From positions 372,001 to 436,000 of the forward strand of contig OZ251245.1 in the NCBI GenBank assembly GCA_965240325.2: a DNA stretch of 64,000 nucleotides, written 5' to 3'. Origin of the DNA: Rebecca billardiae RCC1528. Its lineage: Eukaryota > Protista > Haptophyta. A program made the position numbers and the translations under genes. The stretch's first letter is position 1, and every line of letters starts with the position of its first letter. The notes under the pieces are model-generated. The model did not search any database. It was not told where the DNA came from and saw nothing but the letters and a program-made list of their open reading frames with translations. Positions 10,970 through 23,000 of the stretch are shown piece after piece.

Positions 10970-13248
10970 CACAGTGAACAGATGGACCTCAAAATGTCTA
11001 CTTTAGAAGCCCCCCTCGATCGGCCACAAAGGGCAAGATGGCGGATTGCGGCGGCCCGCCGCCATCCCTCAGTGCCCGCCCATCAGGTGTCCATGACCGA
11101 CGTCACACTCGATCTCGAGAGAGCAGACCAAGACGGCGAGGCGGGTGACACGACCCATTGCATCCCCGAACTCGGTCGAGAAGACGAAGCGGCGCTACAA
11201 CGCGCGTGGCAGCAAGCTGCGGACGGTGCCCGCGGTGTGCTGCTGTCATGCCACCTCGCGCGCGCACATGCGCGGCGTCCCGAAAACCTTCGGTCGATGT
11301 CTCGCGAAACGGGCCGAATGGGAGGGAGACACATGCGCGCACCCTCCCTTGAATTTGCAACCGGCATTGACCGGCCAATCTCGCGCGATGTCCCCTGCTG
11401 CGCAACCTCTCCGGCGCGCTCGCGCAGAGGTGAGATGGTGCAGTCGCCGCAACTCAAGCTGAAGCACCAGCAGGAGGCGCCGAAGGCCGCGGCGGGTGAC
11501 AGAACACTGCCGGAGCAGTACCAGGTGCGATACGAGGCCGCGCCGTTCGCTCGGCAGTGCAGCTCTCTCTTCTCTTTCGTTGCGCGCCGGATCAATCTGA
11601 GGGCGGGCGCGTGGTGAGCAGCGCAGCTCGACACTGGCCAGTGCTCGCAGAGCACCAGATCCCGAGGATGGACAGCGGCGTGGCGGCGAAGCTGATGGCA
11701 GCGATCAGCGCCCCACCGGGCTACATCGTACCGCCGGGGTGAGCGTCGGGAGTGATGCGCTCTCTGATGTGGGCGATCGCGGGCGCGCATTCTGATGTGC
11801 GCTCGTGGATGCAGCTCGAGGCGGGGAGGGCCATCAGCTGGTGTGACCCTCAGCCGTGCCCTGCTGCGACAGGGGCGGGAGCTGATGGAAGATCCTGTCG
11901 CCGACGCAGTAAGCGCGCCGTTGAGCACCTCGGCCTGCAGGAGTCCGTGCTTCGTTCGGCATCATGGCGAGCAGCGCGCGGAATCTGGGCGCGACGAGCA
12001 GCGTGATCGGATGCGCGCGTCCGGACGAGCCGATCATGTCTTTGTCTTTGACTGTTTCAGCCCTCCGCGGGCTCCCGTGCGCTTCGGGCAGGAGCCCTCA
12101 TCATCAAGTCGTCTGATGCCCTGCATGACGCTGCCATACTACTACGACACACGTACGCGTGAGTCACTGTGAGTCATATCGATGCGATCGTCGCACAGCA
12201 GTGGCGCTGCACGGCCGCGGAGCCCAGGGCTGACGATCAGTGTGGACCGAGCCGTCGGCAGACGCAGAGTGGACACGACGAGGTCGTAGTGCGCGCCGCG
12301 CGCGGCCAGGTACCGCCAGGGCCAGGGCCACGCCGGTGACGGCGGGCAGCAGAGGATGCAGCACGCGCGTGACGCCAACGTGCCGTGCGAGGGCTACGCC
12401 AACGCTGCTCAGGCACCGCAGCAGCCGCAGCTCACGCGTGAGGACTTCTGCCGACTGTGGTTGGCGGCGGTGCGCGAACTCGTCGGCGGCAGCCGACGAC
12501 CGCCGCGGAGGTGAAGGTGATGGTGCTTGCTGCGCTCAACGCCAGGTGCGCGTATGCGCGCGAGCTCAAGCGGTGGACGAGCACGGTCGCGTGCTACCCG
12601 CACGTGGTCGTCACCATCGCCCCTCGCGCCATCGTGCGACTCGGCGGCGCGCTGCACCGCGCGAGCACACAAGCGTCGGAGCACGACGGCAAGATCATCG
12701 GCAACACGTTCCGCGACCGCACGTACCGGGCGGGCGGGCTGAGCTCGAACAGACGCGGCACGAGCATGCCGCGAGCTGGCCGCGTCGAGCAGGCCGCCAA
12801 GCAGGTGATCGTGGGCAAGATCATGAAGAAGCGCACCAACACCGTCGACAAGAACGGCCGGCTGCGACTGCTTGCAGCAAAGACGGTGCAGCCGGGCGCA
12901 TCCAGTGGCAGCGGGCCTGCGCGCGAGGTGCGTCTGCGCGAGATCGTCCATGCGCGTCGCACCGCATCTCCACCTCCGCCATCTGACGCCTGCGCACCGC
13001 ATGCGCGCGCGGCCGCCCGGTCGCGCGACGCACAGGCGATTGAGATGACATTCGCGCGTGTCGCGGGCAGTAACAGACGAAACGACGAGGTGGCAGGGGC
13101 TGGTGAGCGGTGTCTGAAGCATGTATTGGGTGGTTGCGCACCTGCCAGTGCCCGTCCGCGCCGGCTCAGGGTTCTTACTAGGCCGCCGGCCCGCGTCGCG
13201 CCGGCGGCACCCTAAAGTGGACATTTGGCCGCCATTCTGTTCACCGTG
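10970..13248. mobile_element. TIR DNA transposon (degenerate or non-autonomous), TA flanks, CACRGTG termini
   Basis: Left end TA|CACAGTGAACAGATGG..AAATGTCTACTTTAG. Right end read inward TA|CACGGTGAACAGAATGG..AAATGTCCACTTTAG, giving a ~36-bp imperfect TIR. The interior has only broken ORFs. Confidence 0.8.
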
Positions 13249-13581
13249 TATTCAATAACCATCAATTGACTAAGTTGAGTCAAGTCGTCTCCATCAGGCA
13301 TCACCCGTGAATCGGAAGTCATCAGTGACGGAGTCTCAGGCTTCGTGACGCTCGACTACGACGACACCGCGTCCGTGACTCGTGAGTAGTGAGTATTGAG
13401 TCCCGCGGGGCCGCCGTCCCGCGTCTGGCGTCGTCAGCAGATCCAGCAGTGGCTGATGAGCGGGCCGTGCCAACCGCCCCGCAACGGCCATCCGTGCGGT
13501 CCACGTGAACCTCCGTCGACCCCACCGCAGACGACCACGGGTCAGCCTACAGACGAGCGCGCCGCGTGAGAACGCGCACGC

Positions 13582-14217
13582 TCACGAGGAGCTCCCCGGC
13601 AGCGGGTACCTGGGCCGGCGGCGCGCTGTCCGTGCGTTCGTCTTCGTGCGAGCCTTGAGCGGCAGGCCAAGCCTGTGCCTCTCGCCGCGGTAGAGGCCTG
13701 AGTTCTTCAGGTTGTCGATGTTGACGCCGTACTGCTCGGCGAGACGCTGGCCGACGACGAGCACGTTCCGATGCTCCGCGTCCTCGTTCGCCTCGTCGCT
13801 GCTCAGCGCGCGCAGCGCAGTCGTCAGGCGCTCGATGTCGCTATTGTCCAACTGCCGCACCTTCAAGTTCGGGTTGAGCCGGGCATGCGCGGCGAGGCGC
13901 GTGGCCTGGTAGTAGCCGACGCCGAAGATCGAGCGCAGACCCTGAATCAGCCTCCGCTGCGGCGGGATGGTGAAGTCATCGATGCGAACCGCCGACCCGC
14001 GCCCGCTGCTACCGCGCGGCCCGATTGTCGGAGTCGGCAGCTTCAGGACACGACGTGCTGTGTGCAGCCCCGTCGACGGCTGCGGGGGGGCGGCGTCGCC
14101 TGATGGAGGCGTATCCACCTGCTCGCTGGCAGGTGCCGCCTTGGCATCGCACAAGGCGCGGCACGGGGCCCGTCGTGGCGCGAGCGGCCGTACGCCGCGC
14201 GTCAGGCGAGCGAGCAT
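13582..14217 (-). CDS. rps13: Organellar (probably mitochondrial) small-subunit ribosomal protein uS13 with presequence
   Basis: GLRSIFGVG, KVRQL and YRGERHRLGLP..RTKTNARTARR are uS13 motifs. Arg-rich N-terminal presequence MLARLTRGVRPLAPRRAPCRALC. Confidence 0.88.
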   Translation of the reverse strand: MLARLTRGVRPLAPRRAPCRALCDAKAAPASEQVDTPPSGDAAPPQPSTGLHTARRVLKLPTPTIGPRGSSGRGSAVRIDDFTIPPQRRLIQGLRSIFGVGYYQATRLAAHARLNPNLKVRQLDNSDIERLTTALRALSSDEANEDAEHRNVLVVGQRLAEQYGVNIDNLKNSGLYRGERHRLGLPLKARTKTNARTARRRPRYPLPGSSS

Positions 14218-14595
14218 CGTGATCTCGATGTTGATGGGGCAGGCGTGCGTGCGCGCACCGGAACTCGTCGCCGAGCTGAATTTCATATTGAATATGGGGG
14301 TAGCGCGAAACTCGTCACGCAGGAAAAAAGCAGGGCCGAAGGAAATTGAAAATGGCGGCGCGGTTTTCGTTTCATTTCGCTCATCATATCGCTCATCATG
14401 CATCATAGCCAGATAGCCTCATATATTATCTCTCGTCGTGAGACGTGACACGCTGTCACTGATTGCACGACACACAGCAGTACTCGTTATTTATGCCTTC
14501 AAGCTACGGTCGTAGTCGTACATCGGCAGGCTACCGCCGGTGATGATGACGACGATTGACTTACATATTGATATTACAGCAGTTTAACTGCGTGT

Positions 14596-14785
14596 ATATA
14601 TATATAATAAATATAATTTGTAGTTTTAACGTGCGTACTGGTAAGGCTCACGGTGGCAGGTTGCCGCGCCATCCTTCCAGGTTATTCATCGCACGCTCTC
14701 CGAAGAGAGACCTGGAAACTGGTTTTGAACCCATCATGACCTCAGACGCAAGAGCACGCCAGTACTCCCACTCGGCCACTCAGCA
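14596..14785 (-). mobile_element. tRNA-derived SINE-like element / Pol III transcript
   Basis: Minus strand carries an A box TGGCCGAGTGG, a B box GGTTCAAAACC, a hairpin CTCTC-TTCG-GAGAG within TTCCAGG/CCTGGAA, a 3' GCACGTTAAAA and an AT/(TA)n tail. Confidence 0.65.
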
Positions 14786-14844
14786 GTGACCAGTGTCGTA
14801 TCATCGTCAGATTCATTAGACGACCGAGGGCGGCGGCCGTGCCA

Positions 14845-16620
14845 TCACATCGCGGGCCGAGGTGGCTGCGCGCGCGGCGGCAGCCACGGCGACGGATTCC
14901 AATCGCGCCCGTCGAAGCTGATGCCCTCGTAGTCGTGCTGGGTCTCGCCCCCACCAGCCTCCGCCTTCGCCGAGGCATCTCCAAATCGGGCGGCGGCGGT
15001 GTCGTCCTTCGGCCCAGGTGAGCGGCGGCGGGGCGGCGAGATCTTCGATCTCGGCAGCGCGCCCTTGCTCTCGTTGTGAGCCTGCGCGATCAGGTGGAGC
15101 AGCTGCGGGCTGATTGGCCGAGAGCTCGAGCGGCTGCGGTGCATCAGCACGAGCTGTGACGACGAGAGCCGCCGCGGCGGCACGAAGCCAGGCTCCGACG
15201 CCACGCCACCTCGCGCGCCCAGCGCGGATGTCGCGGGTCGTGCGGCCGCCGGCGCCGCCCGGCGCGTGCCTGCCACCCACTGCGTGGCCGGGTGCACGCC
15301 AGGCCTCCGGATCGGCGAGGTCGGATCGGTGCCGCCGCCGCCGTCAGCGCCACCACTCAGGGCGCTCGCCTGTGTGAGCTGACCCCAGAAGCTCACAGAG
15401 TGGCGCGGTGAGCCTCCGCTGGTGCGAGCACGGCCGGTGCCGGAGGCGCCCGCTGGCGGGGACGGCGGCACGCGCGGGCCAGCAGTAGACGCGCCCGCTA
15501 GCGGGGACGGCGGCACGCGCGGGCCAGCAAACGTGCCAGTGCCCAACGGGCGGCCGCCGCCGCCGCTCCCGCCGCCGCTCCAGCCGCCACTGCCGCCGCG
15601 GCGAGCCGGCGAGGCCAAGGCGAGAGGTGGCCCGCGGGGGGCGCGCCCTCGGCTCTCCTTGCTCGGAGCTACGAATGGCGGTGCCGGGGGCGATGGCGCA
15701 GCTGGTACCATCGAGGCGTGCCCCGCGACACCGCTGCGCATGGGCCGCGCGCCCTCGGCCGCAGCAGACACGCTGCTGCCACCGCCGGCAGCGGCGGGAG
15801 CAGTTGACATGCCATCGCCGCCGCCGCCGGCAGCCGTTGACGCGCCAGGCGAGGCGCCTCGGCCGCGGCCGGACTGCGCGCTGCGCCGCGCGCGCGGTGG
15901 CAGCGGTGTCAGGTTGAGCGAGACCACCGGCGGCATCGGCTCGTGCGCGTGCAGCGGCACCGCCGGGGCCACGAGCTGCCTCTGAAGCTCTCGGCGCGTC
16001 GTCGGAATTCCAAAGTTCGACACGGAAGCGCCAATGTCTCGAGCCTCCAGGCGGCGGTAGCGCTGCGTGGAGAGGCGCGTGTTCTCGCCGAAGTCGGCCA
16101 TGAGGTACCGCGCGTGCGCCTCCGAGTAGCTCCGCAGCCCCTCGTCCGGACGGCTGTCGTCGCCCAGAGTCCGGTGGTACAGCGCCTGCTGCCGCGCCTC
16201 GTCACCCGACAGCAGATCCTCAAGCATCTGCCGGCGGCGGAAGCCGCGCATCATCGTGCCGAACGAGACGAGCGCGAACGGGTTGTTGTGCGAGATCGCG
16301 TTGCGCGCCGCCTCGCCCGACGCCATGATGTCGATGAACTCCTTGAACTCGATCGCGCCCGAGTCGTCCGCGTCGAACGTGCTGATCAGCTGCTGCGCGT
16401 GCTCGTCGCTGAGCGTAAAGCCCATCGTGGTGAAGAGGTGCTGCAGCTCGCCGGTCTTGATGGTGCCCGTGCCGCGCGTGTCGATGAGCCGGAACGCGTC
16501 GTACGCGCGGGTCATGTCTTCCACGTTCCCCGTGCGCGTCTGCGCGCGCTTGCGCGCCGCCTCAAGGCGCCGGTCGCGCCGCGACTCCGCGATGCCGCTG
16601 CTGCCACCTCCGCGCGGCAT
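14845..16620 (-). CDS. EF-hand (calmodulin/centrin-like pair) protein with long disordered C-terminus
   Basis: EF loops DTRGTGTIKTGE and DADDSGAIEFKE. Start taken at the first ATG (MPRGGG). Confidence 0.8.
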   Translation of the reverse strand: MPRGGGSSGIAESRRDRRLEAARKRAQTRTGNVEDMTRAYDAFRLIDTRGTGTIKTGELQHLFTTMGFTLSDEHAQQLISTFDADDSGAIEFKEFIDIMASGEAARNAISHNNPFALVSFGTMMRGFRRRQMLEDLLSGDEARQQALYHRTLGDDSRPDEGLRSYSEAHARYLMADFGENTRLSTQRYRRLEARDIGASVSNFGIPTTRRELQRQLVAPAVPLHAHEPMPPVVSLNLTPLPPRARRSAQSGRGRGASPGASTAAGGGGDGMSTAPAAAGGGSSVSAAAEGARPMRSGVAGHASMVPAAPSPPAPPFVAPSKESRGRAPRGPPLALASPARRGGSGGWSGGGSGGGGRPLGTGTFAGPRVPPSPLAGASTAGPRVPPSPPAGASGTGRARTSGGSPRHSVSFWGQLTQASALSGGADGGGGTDPTSPIRRPGVHPATQWVAGTRRAAPAAARPATSALGARGGVASEPGFVPPRRLSSSQLVLMHRSRSSSRPISPQLLHLIAQAHNESKGALPRSKISPPRRRSPGPKDDTAAARFGDASAKAEAGGGETQHDYEGISFDGRDWNPSPWLPPRAQPPRPAM

Positions 16621-17072
16621 GGCGTCTCGAGCTGGTGCTCCGGCCGCAGCAGCAGGGTCTGCGCAGACGTGGGCAGGCCGAACGATGGGGGGAGCCACGC
16701 GCGGCTCGCTGATGACGAGCGCGCCCCGCGGCCCTTCCCAGCGACCACGAGGAGTGACGGCTCACAGCCGGGGCGGGGCGGCTCCCCACCTTGGCCTGCG
16801 CAGAGGTAACGTAAACGTAAACGTTCAGCAGGGACGCGAAACGTCCGCGCCATCTTTCAGCAGACGGATTTCCGTCGCGGGCTGCGTGCGCGCGCTCTTT
16901 TTGTCGTTTTACTGTATTCCCCAGCATCCGCCGGCGGCTGCTGCTACTAGCTAGCTAATCTAGCAGTCAGTGAGTGACGAGTCATCAGTCGTCAGGACAA
17001 CGCGCGCGATACAGCATATAGTATGCTGCGGGACAGCGGTTCAAGTCATCACGTGTCCTCAGGGAGTGCTGG

Positions 17073-20000
17073 CTACCACGAAGCCAGGGCCTCCTCCACA
17101 CCAGCATACTCGTCCTCCTCCTCGCGTCGCCATAGCGCTGCGGATGCCGGGCCCGCCTGCCACGCGCCATCGGCGCGCGCGGCCTCCATCGAGGCAGAGA
17201 CGGTCACAGAGCCCGAGGCGGCTGCCGCTGCGCCGCCTGCAGACCTGACCGTTGGCGCGGCCGATGGCCACAGCGCAGGCAGCCGCCTGCCGCGCGTCCG
17301 ATCGCGCGGCCGGAGCCGATGCGCCCGGCGCGCTGCACGGTGATCGGCCGCGCCGCCATCGTGGCGCCCATGTCTCTTCTCGCGCAGCGCGGCTGCGCCG
17401 GGGTCTGCGGCGCCACGGGCGGGGCTGGGCGGCGGCGGCGGCGGACGCAACGGAGGCATCAGGGGCGGCGGCTGCGGCGCGACCGGCGGCGGTGACACCG
17501 GCGGCAGCAGTGGCGGCGGCGAGTTGGGCGAGGGTGGCGGCGGCGCGAGCGGCGGCATGAGCGGTGGCGGCGAGTTGGGCTCCAGAAAGGCTGAGGGTGG
17601 CGGCGAGAGCGGCGGCAACAGGGGCGGCGGCGAGTTGGGCTCGGAGGGTGGAGGGGGTGAGAGCGGAGGCAACAGGGGCGGCGGCGAGTTGGGCTCGGAG
17701 GGTGGCGGGGGTGAGGGCGGCGGCGGAGGTGACAGGGGCGGTAGAAGAGGCGGCGGCGAGTTGGGAGTGCTGAGTGCAGGCGGCAGCTGCGAGGGCGGCG
17801 GCGGCGGATGCAGCGGCGGGGGCGTTGGCGGCGACGAATTCGGCGGCGGCGGGGCGTGTGGCGGTGGCGCATGCGGCGGTGGCGGCGACGGTGGGAGCGA
17901 TGACGGCGGCGAATTCGGCGGCGGCGGGGCGTGTGGCGGTGGCGCATGCGGCGGTGGCGGCGACGGTGGGAGCGATGACGGCGGCGAATTCGGCGGCGGC
18001 GGGGCGTGTGGCGGTGGCAGTGGCGGCACTGGCGGTCGTGGCGATGGTGGCGGTGGCGGCGAGGGTGGGTTTGGTGATGGCGGCGATGGTGGGTTTGGCG
18101 ATGGCGGCAGGGGTGGCGACCGCTGCTGTGATAGCATCGGTGGCGACGGCGGCCGGAACGGAAGCGGGGGCGGTGGCGAAGGCGAGGGCGGCGGTGGCGA
18201 GGGCGAGGGCGGCGGCGGCGGCGAGGGCGGTGGCGGGGATGGCGAGGGGGGCGGCGGCGGTGGCGAGTGCGGCGGTGTCGGCGGTGACGGGGGCGGCTGG
18301 GGTGCCGCATGCTGCGGGCTCGGCGGCGGCGGCGGTGACGGCGGCGACGGCGGTGCTGGCGACGGCGGTGGCGGCGGCGAGCCAGGCGGCGGGCTGGGTG
18401 GCGGCGGCGGCGACGGCGAAATCTGTGCCCTGGGCGGCGGCAGCGGCGATGGCGGCGGTAGGGGCGAGGACGAAGGCGGAGGGTGTGGCGAGGGCGCGGG
18501 CGGCGGCGAGGGCGAGGGCGGCGGCGGCGAGGGCGAGGGCGGCGGCGGCGATGGCGAAGGCGAAGGCGGCCGCGGTGACGGCGGCGACGGCCGCGGCGAC
18601 GGCGACGGCGGGGCCGAAGGCGGGACACCGAAGAGGAAGAATGGCGGCGGCGGCGGCGGCGGTTGAGGCGACGGCGGCGGCGAGGGCGGGGGCGGCGAGG
18701 GCGAGGGCGGCGGCGGCGGCGGCGGTCGCGGCCCCGGCGGCGGCGACGCCACTCGCACCGGCGGCGGCCGCGGCGGCGGCGGCGGCGCTGGCATGCCCAG
18801 GCACGAGCCGTCGTCCAGCACCGCCTCGAGTTCGTAATTCCTCGCCGCGAGCAGCGTGCAGCCCCACTTGGGCGGGAACGCCTCCTCGAGCAGAGCGCGG
18901 CCGAACAGGGCGGAGAGGCGGGCGCGGCCGATCGCGCGGAGCGTGTCAAGCGCTTTCGTGCCGTCCGCCCGGTGCTCCACCCTGAGCACCACGTCGACTG
19001 CGCCCAGGTCGGGCCTCGGCCGGACGAAGGCGACGTGCTCGTGCGGCGCGGTCACGTACAGCACGTAGGCCACGCCCTGCAGCAGCTCCGACCGCGCGTC
19101 GTCGCTGTACAGCAGCGGCCAACCGTCCGCCTCCTCGAACCGAAACGCGACATACTCTGAGCCCGCGCCGCGCGGCGCGGCGAGGAGTCCCGTGGAGTCG
19201 CCGTCGCCGGCGATGCGAGCGGTGTTGTCGAGCAGCGGCGGCATGGGCGGCGGCGGCGGCGCGGGCCAGCTTGGCGGCGGCGAGGGCGGCGGCGGCGAGG
19301 GCGAGGGCGGCGGCGGCGGCGAGGGCGGCACGCGTGCGTGCGGCGAGGGCGACGCTGCCGGCGACGGCTGCGCAGGCGGCTGCCACGTGACAAAGGGCGG
19401 CGGCGCCGCCGCCGCCGGCTGCTGCCGCGGAGGCGACGGCGACGGTGGTGGCGCTCTCTCGCCCGCTCGCGCGCCCGGCGGCGGTAACCTCGGCGGCAGC
19501 GCAGGCGGGTGCGGCGGCGGGGAGGCCGCGCCCGGCGGCGGGAACCTCGGCGGTAGCGCCGGCGGGTGCGGCGGCGGGGAGGCCGCGCCCGGCGGCGGCA
19601 ACCTCGGCGGTAGCGCAGGCGGGTGCGGCGGCGGGGACGCCGGGCCGCTCTGGAATGGCGGCGGTGAATGCCGATGTCGCGACGAGCTGGGAAGCGGCGG
19701 CGGGCTCGGCGGCGGCGGCGACGGGCTCGGTGGCGGCGGCGGCGGGCTGGGCGGAGGCGGCGGCGACGGCTGCTGCCGCGGAGGCGAAGGCGACGGTGGT
19801 GGCGCTCTCTCGCCCGCTCGCGCGCCCGGCGGCGGTAACCTCGGCGGCAGCGCAGGCGGGTGCGGCGGCGGGGAGGCCGCGCCCGGCGGCGGCAACCTCG
19901 GCGGTAGCGCCGGCGGGTGCGGCGGCGGGGACGCCGGGCCGCTCTGGAATGGCGGCGGTGAATGCCGATGTCGCGACGAGCTGGGAAGCGGCGGCGGGCT

Positions 20001-23000
20001 CGGCGGCGGCGGCGACGGGCTCGGCGGCGGCGGCGACGGGCTGGGCGGAGGCGGCGGCGACGGCGGCGGCGGAGGCGTTGGCGGCGATGGGCTGGGCGGC
20101 GGCGAGGACGGGCTCGGCGGAGGCGGCGGCGACGGCGGCGGCGGAGGCCGTGGCGGCAGCGGCGACGGCATGGCAGGCGGCGGCCCAGGCGGCGGGGTCG
20201 GAGGCGGGCCGAGCGGCGGCGAGGGCGGCGGTGGCGAGAGCGCAACGCCTGCCTGGTTGATGTCGGCGTCCGCGTCCACGAAGATCTGTGCGACCTGCGC
20301 CGGGCTGAGCGCGCGCACCCAGAAGCCCACGTCGTCCAGCGTGCCCACCAGCGGCGCGCTGCCCGGCCGCACGCCCGCGCCCAGGCGCACCGGACCGGCC
20401 GGACTGGTGGAGAGCGGCACAGTCGTCACGCTGCTCGACGCAGCAGGACTGCCGTTCACAAAGAGAGTGAGCTCGCCCGCACCGGACTCGCCCGGACCGG
20501 ACTCGCCCGGACCGGACTCGCCGGACTCGTACGTCGCGACCACGTGCACCGGCGTGCCCAGCGGGTAGGCCGCAGCGTCGCACAGCGTCTGCGCGCCCGT
20601 GCTCACGCACACGCTGCCGCCCGCCGTGTGCACCTCGAAGAGGCCACCCGGGGAGTCCGCGCCGTACGACACCAGACCCGCGTCCGCGGCCGACGGGCCG
20701 GGCTGCTCGAACCAGAACGCCACGGTGCGCGAGCTGCCGCCCGTGGAGGGCGGCGGGCCGTCGAGCAGCTGCAGGTCGCCGTCAAAGCGCACGCACCGGC
20801 CCACCTTGCACCGCGCCGCCTCCTCGTAGCCCCAGCCCTCCACGCCGCCAGAGGCGCCCTCAAACCCAACGCGCGCACCGCCGGAGCCGTCGAGCGGCGC
20901 GAGCGCCGACGCGCCGCCCGCGTCGTCGGCCAGGCGGCCGTCGAGCGTGAAGTGCCGGACCAGCTCGGCGGGCGGTGGCGGCGGCGACGACGGTGGCGGA
21001 GGGGGCGCGGCCGGCGGCGCGGACGGCGGCGGCGGCGGCGAGTCGTCGCAGGCCACCGACAGCGCCTCCTGCGTCCCCTGCCGCGGGCCGTCGAGAACTT
21101 TCCACGAACCTTCCGGCGGCGGCAGCTCGCACAGCACCACGCCCGGCTCGTCCTCATCCGCGAGGCAGCCCTCGACGCCCGCGGCGAGCATGGCTGTGCA
21201 CTCCTCCGCAAAATGGCGCACGTCCGCCTTCGACACGTGGCAGATCTTGAGCGTCCAGCCCGTGCGCGGCAGGAACGACAAGAAGACGCGCTCGGCGCCG
21301 TGCGCGTGCGTGCCGACGCGCTCAGGAAGGCAGCGCGTGCCCTGCACGTCCGAGGCGTCGCACTCGTAGACGGGGCGGTCGTGCCGCAGCAGGACCTGGC
21401 GGTAGGCGAACGCGCCGGAGATGCGCAGGTGCTCGCAGCCCTTCCGCCCCGGGGCCGTCTCGGGCGGCGTCGTCCTCGGCGGCGTGCCGTGACTCGGGCG
21501 CGGCGGCGGCGGCGGCGCCCGGGGCGTCAATGGCGGCGGCGTGGTCGCGCCGATCATGCCGCCCGTGGAGGGGGAGGGCGAGGGCGGCGGCGGCGAGGGC
21601 GGGCTCGGCGACGTGCGCGGTGGAGGCTGCGCGCGAGGCACCGGCGGACCCGGCGAAGGTGCAGCCGACGGCAGGGGAGGCGGCTGGCCGGCGCGCGGCG
21701 AGGGCGAGGGCGATGACGCCGACATACGCGGCAGTGCAGGCGGCGGCGCCGGCGGCGATGCCGATGGTGCCGGTACGGAGCCTGGCGGCGTCGAAGGCGC
21801 TGGCGATGGTGACGACGGCGAGGGCGGGGGCGACGGCGCTGGAGCAGAGGCGGGCGAGGACGCGGGCGGCGCGGTCGACGCGGCCGGCGAATGCGGCAGC
21901 GGCAGTGGCGGCGGCAGCGGCAGCTGAGCGGGCGCAGGCGGCTGCGTTTGCCGTGCGGACGGCGATGGCGGCAGCGAGGCCAGGGACGGTGGGTGCGTCG
22001 GGGATTGTGGCGGGGGCGACGTCGAGGGCGGCGGGCTCGCTGGCGGCCGCATGGGCGGGAGTGGCGGCAGCGAGGGGAGCGGCGCTGGCGGCCGCGGCGG
22101 CGGCGACGGCGGGCGCAACAGAGGATGGGGCGGCGGCGACGGCGGGCGCATCGGGGGGCGGGGCGGGAGCGAAGGCGGCGACAGTGGCGGCCGAGGCGGC
22201 GGCGGCGCGGGCGGCGCGGGCGATGCGCGCCCAGACACTCCCGGCGGGAACGATGGCGGCGAAGGCGGCGAGGGCGGCGGCGAGGGCGGCGGTGGCGGCG
22301 GCGACGGGCTCGGTGGCGGCGGCGACGGGCTCGGCGGCGGCGGCGGCGACGGCGGCGAGGGCCGCGGCGGACTCGGTGGCGGCGACGGGCTCGGCGGTGG
22401 CGGCGGCGACGGCGGCGACGGCCGAGGCGGGCTGGGTGGCGGCGAGTCGTCGCACTCGAACGACAGCGCCTCCTGCGCCCCCTGCTGCGGGCCGTCCAGA
22501 ACTTTCCACGAACCTTCCGTCGGCGGCAGCTCGCACAGCACCACGCCCGGCTCGTCCGCAAAGCAGCCCTCGACGCCCGCGGCCAGCACGGCTGTGCACT
22601 CCTCCGCAAAATGGCGCACGTCCGCCGTGGCCGTGTCGCACTTCTTGAGCGTCCAGCCCGTGCGCGGCAGGAACGACAAGAAGACGCGCTCAGCGCCGTG
22701 CGCGTGCGTGCCCACGTGCTCGGGCAGGCAGCGCGTGCCCTGCACCTCGGACGCGTCGCACTCGTAGACGGGGCGGTCGTGCCGCAGAACCAACTGGCGG
22801 TACAGCAGATCGCCGCCGACGCGCAGCTGCCTGCAGCCCCTGCTCTGGGCGCCGCCTTCGGGCGGCAGGCTCGCGCCAGGCATGGACGGGTCGAGCGGGC
22901 CCGCGCGGCGTGCCTCTGGCGCGGGCGGCGCCTGCGGCGGCACCGGCGGCGACGGCGGCGACGGCGGCGACGGCGGCGGCGACGGCGGCGACGGCGGCGC

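Noticed and set aside
10970-13248. Fanzor/TnpB cargo in the TIR elements
   Set aside because: No ordered RuvC DPG / E / RDxNAA motifs with a zinc finger could be found. RDANV..NAA alone is insufficient.
14710-14785. Functional tRNA gene
   Set aside because: A and B boxes are present but acceptor, anticodon and T stems do not pair convincingly. Treated as a SINE-like head.
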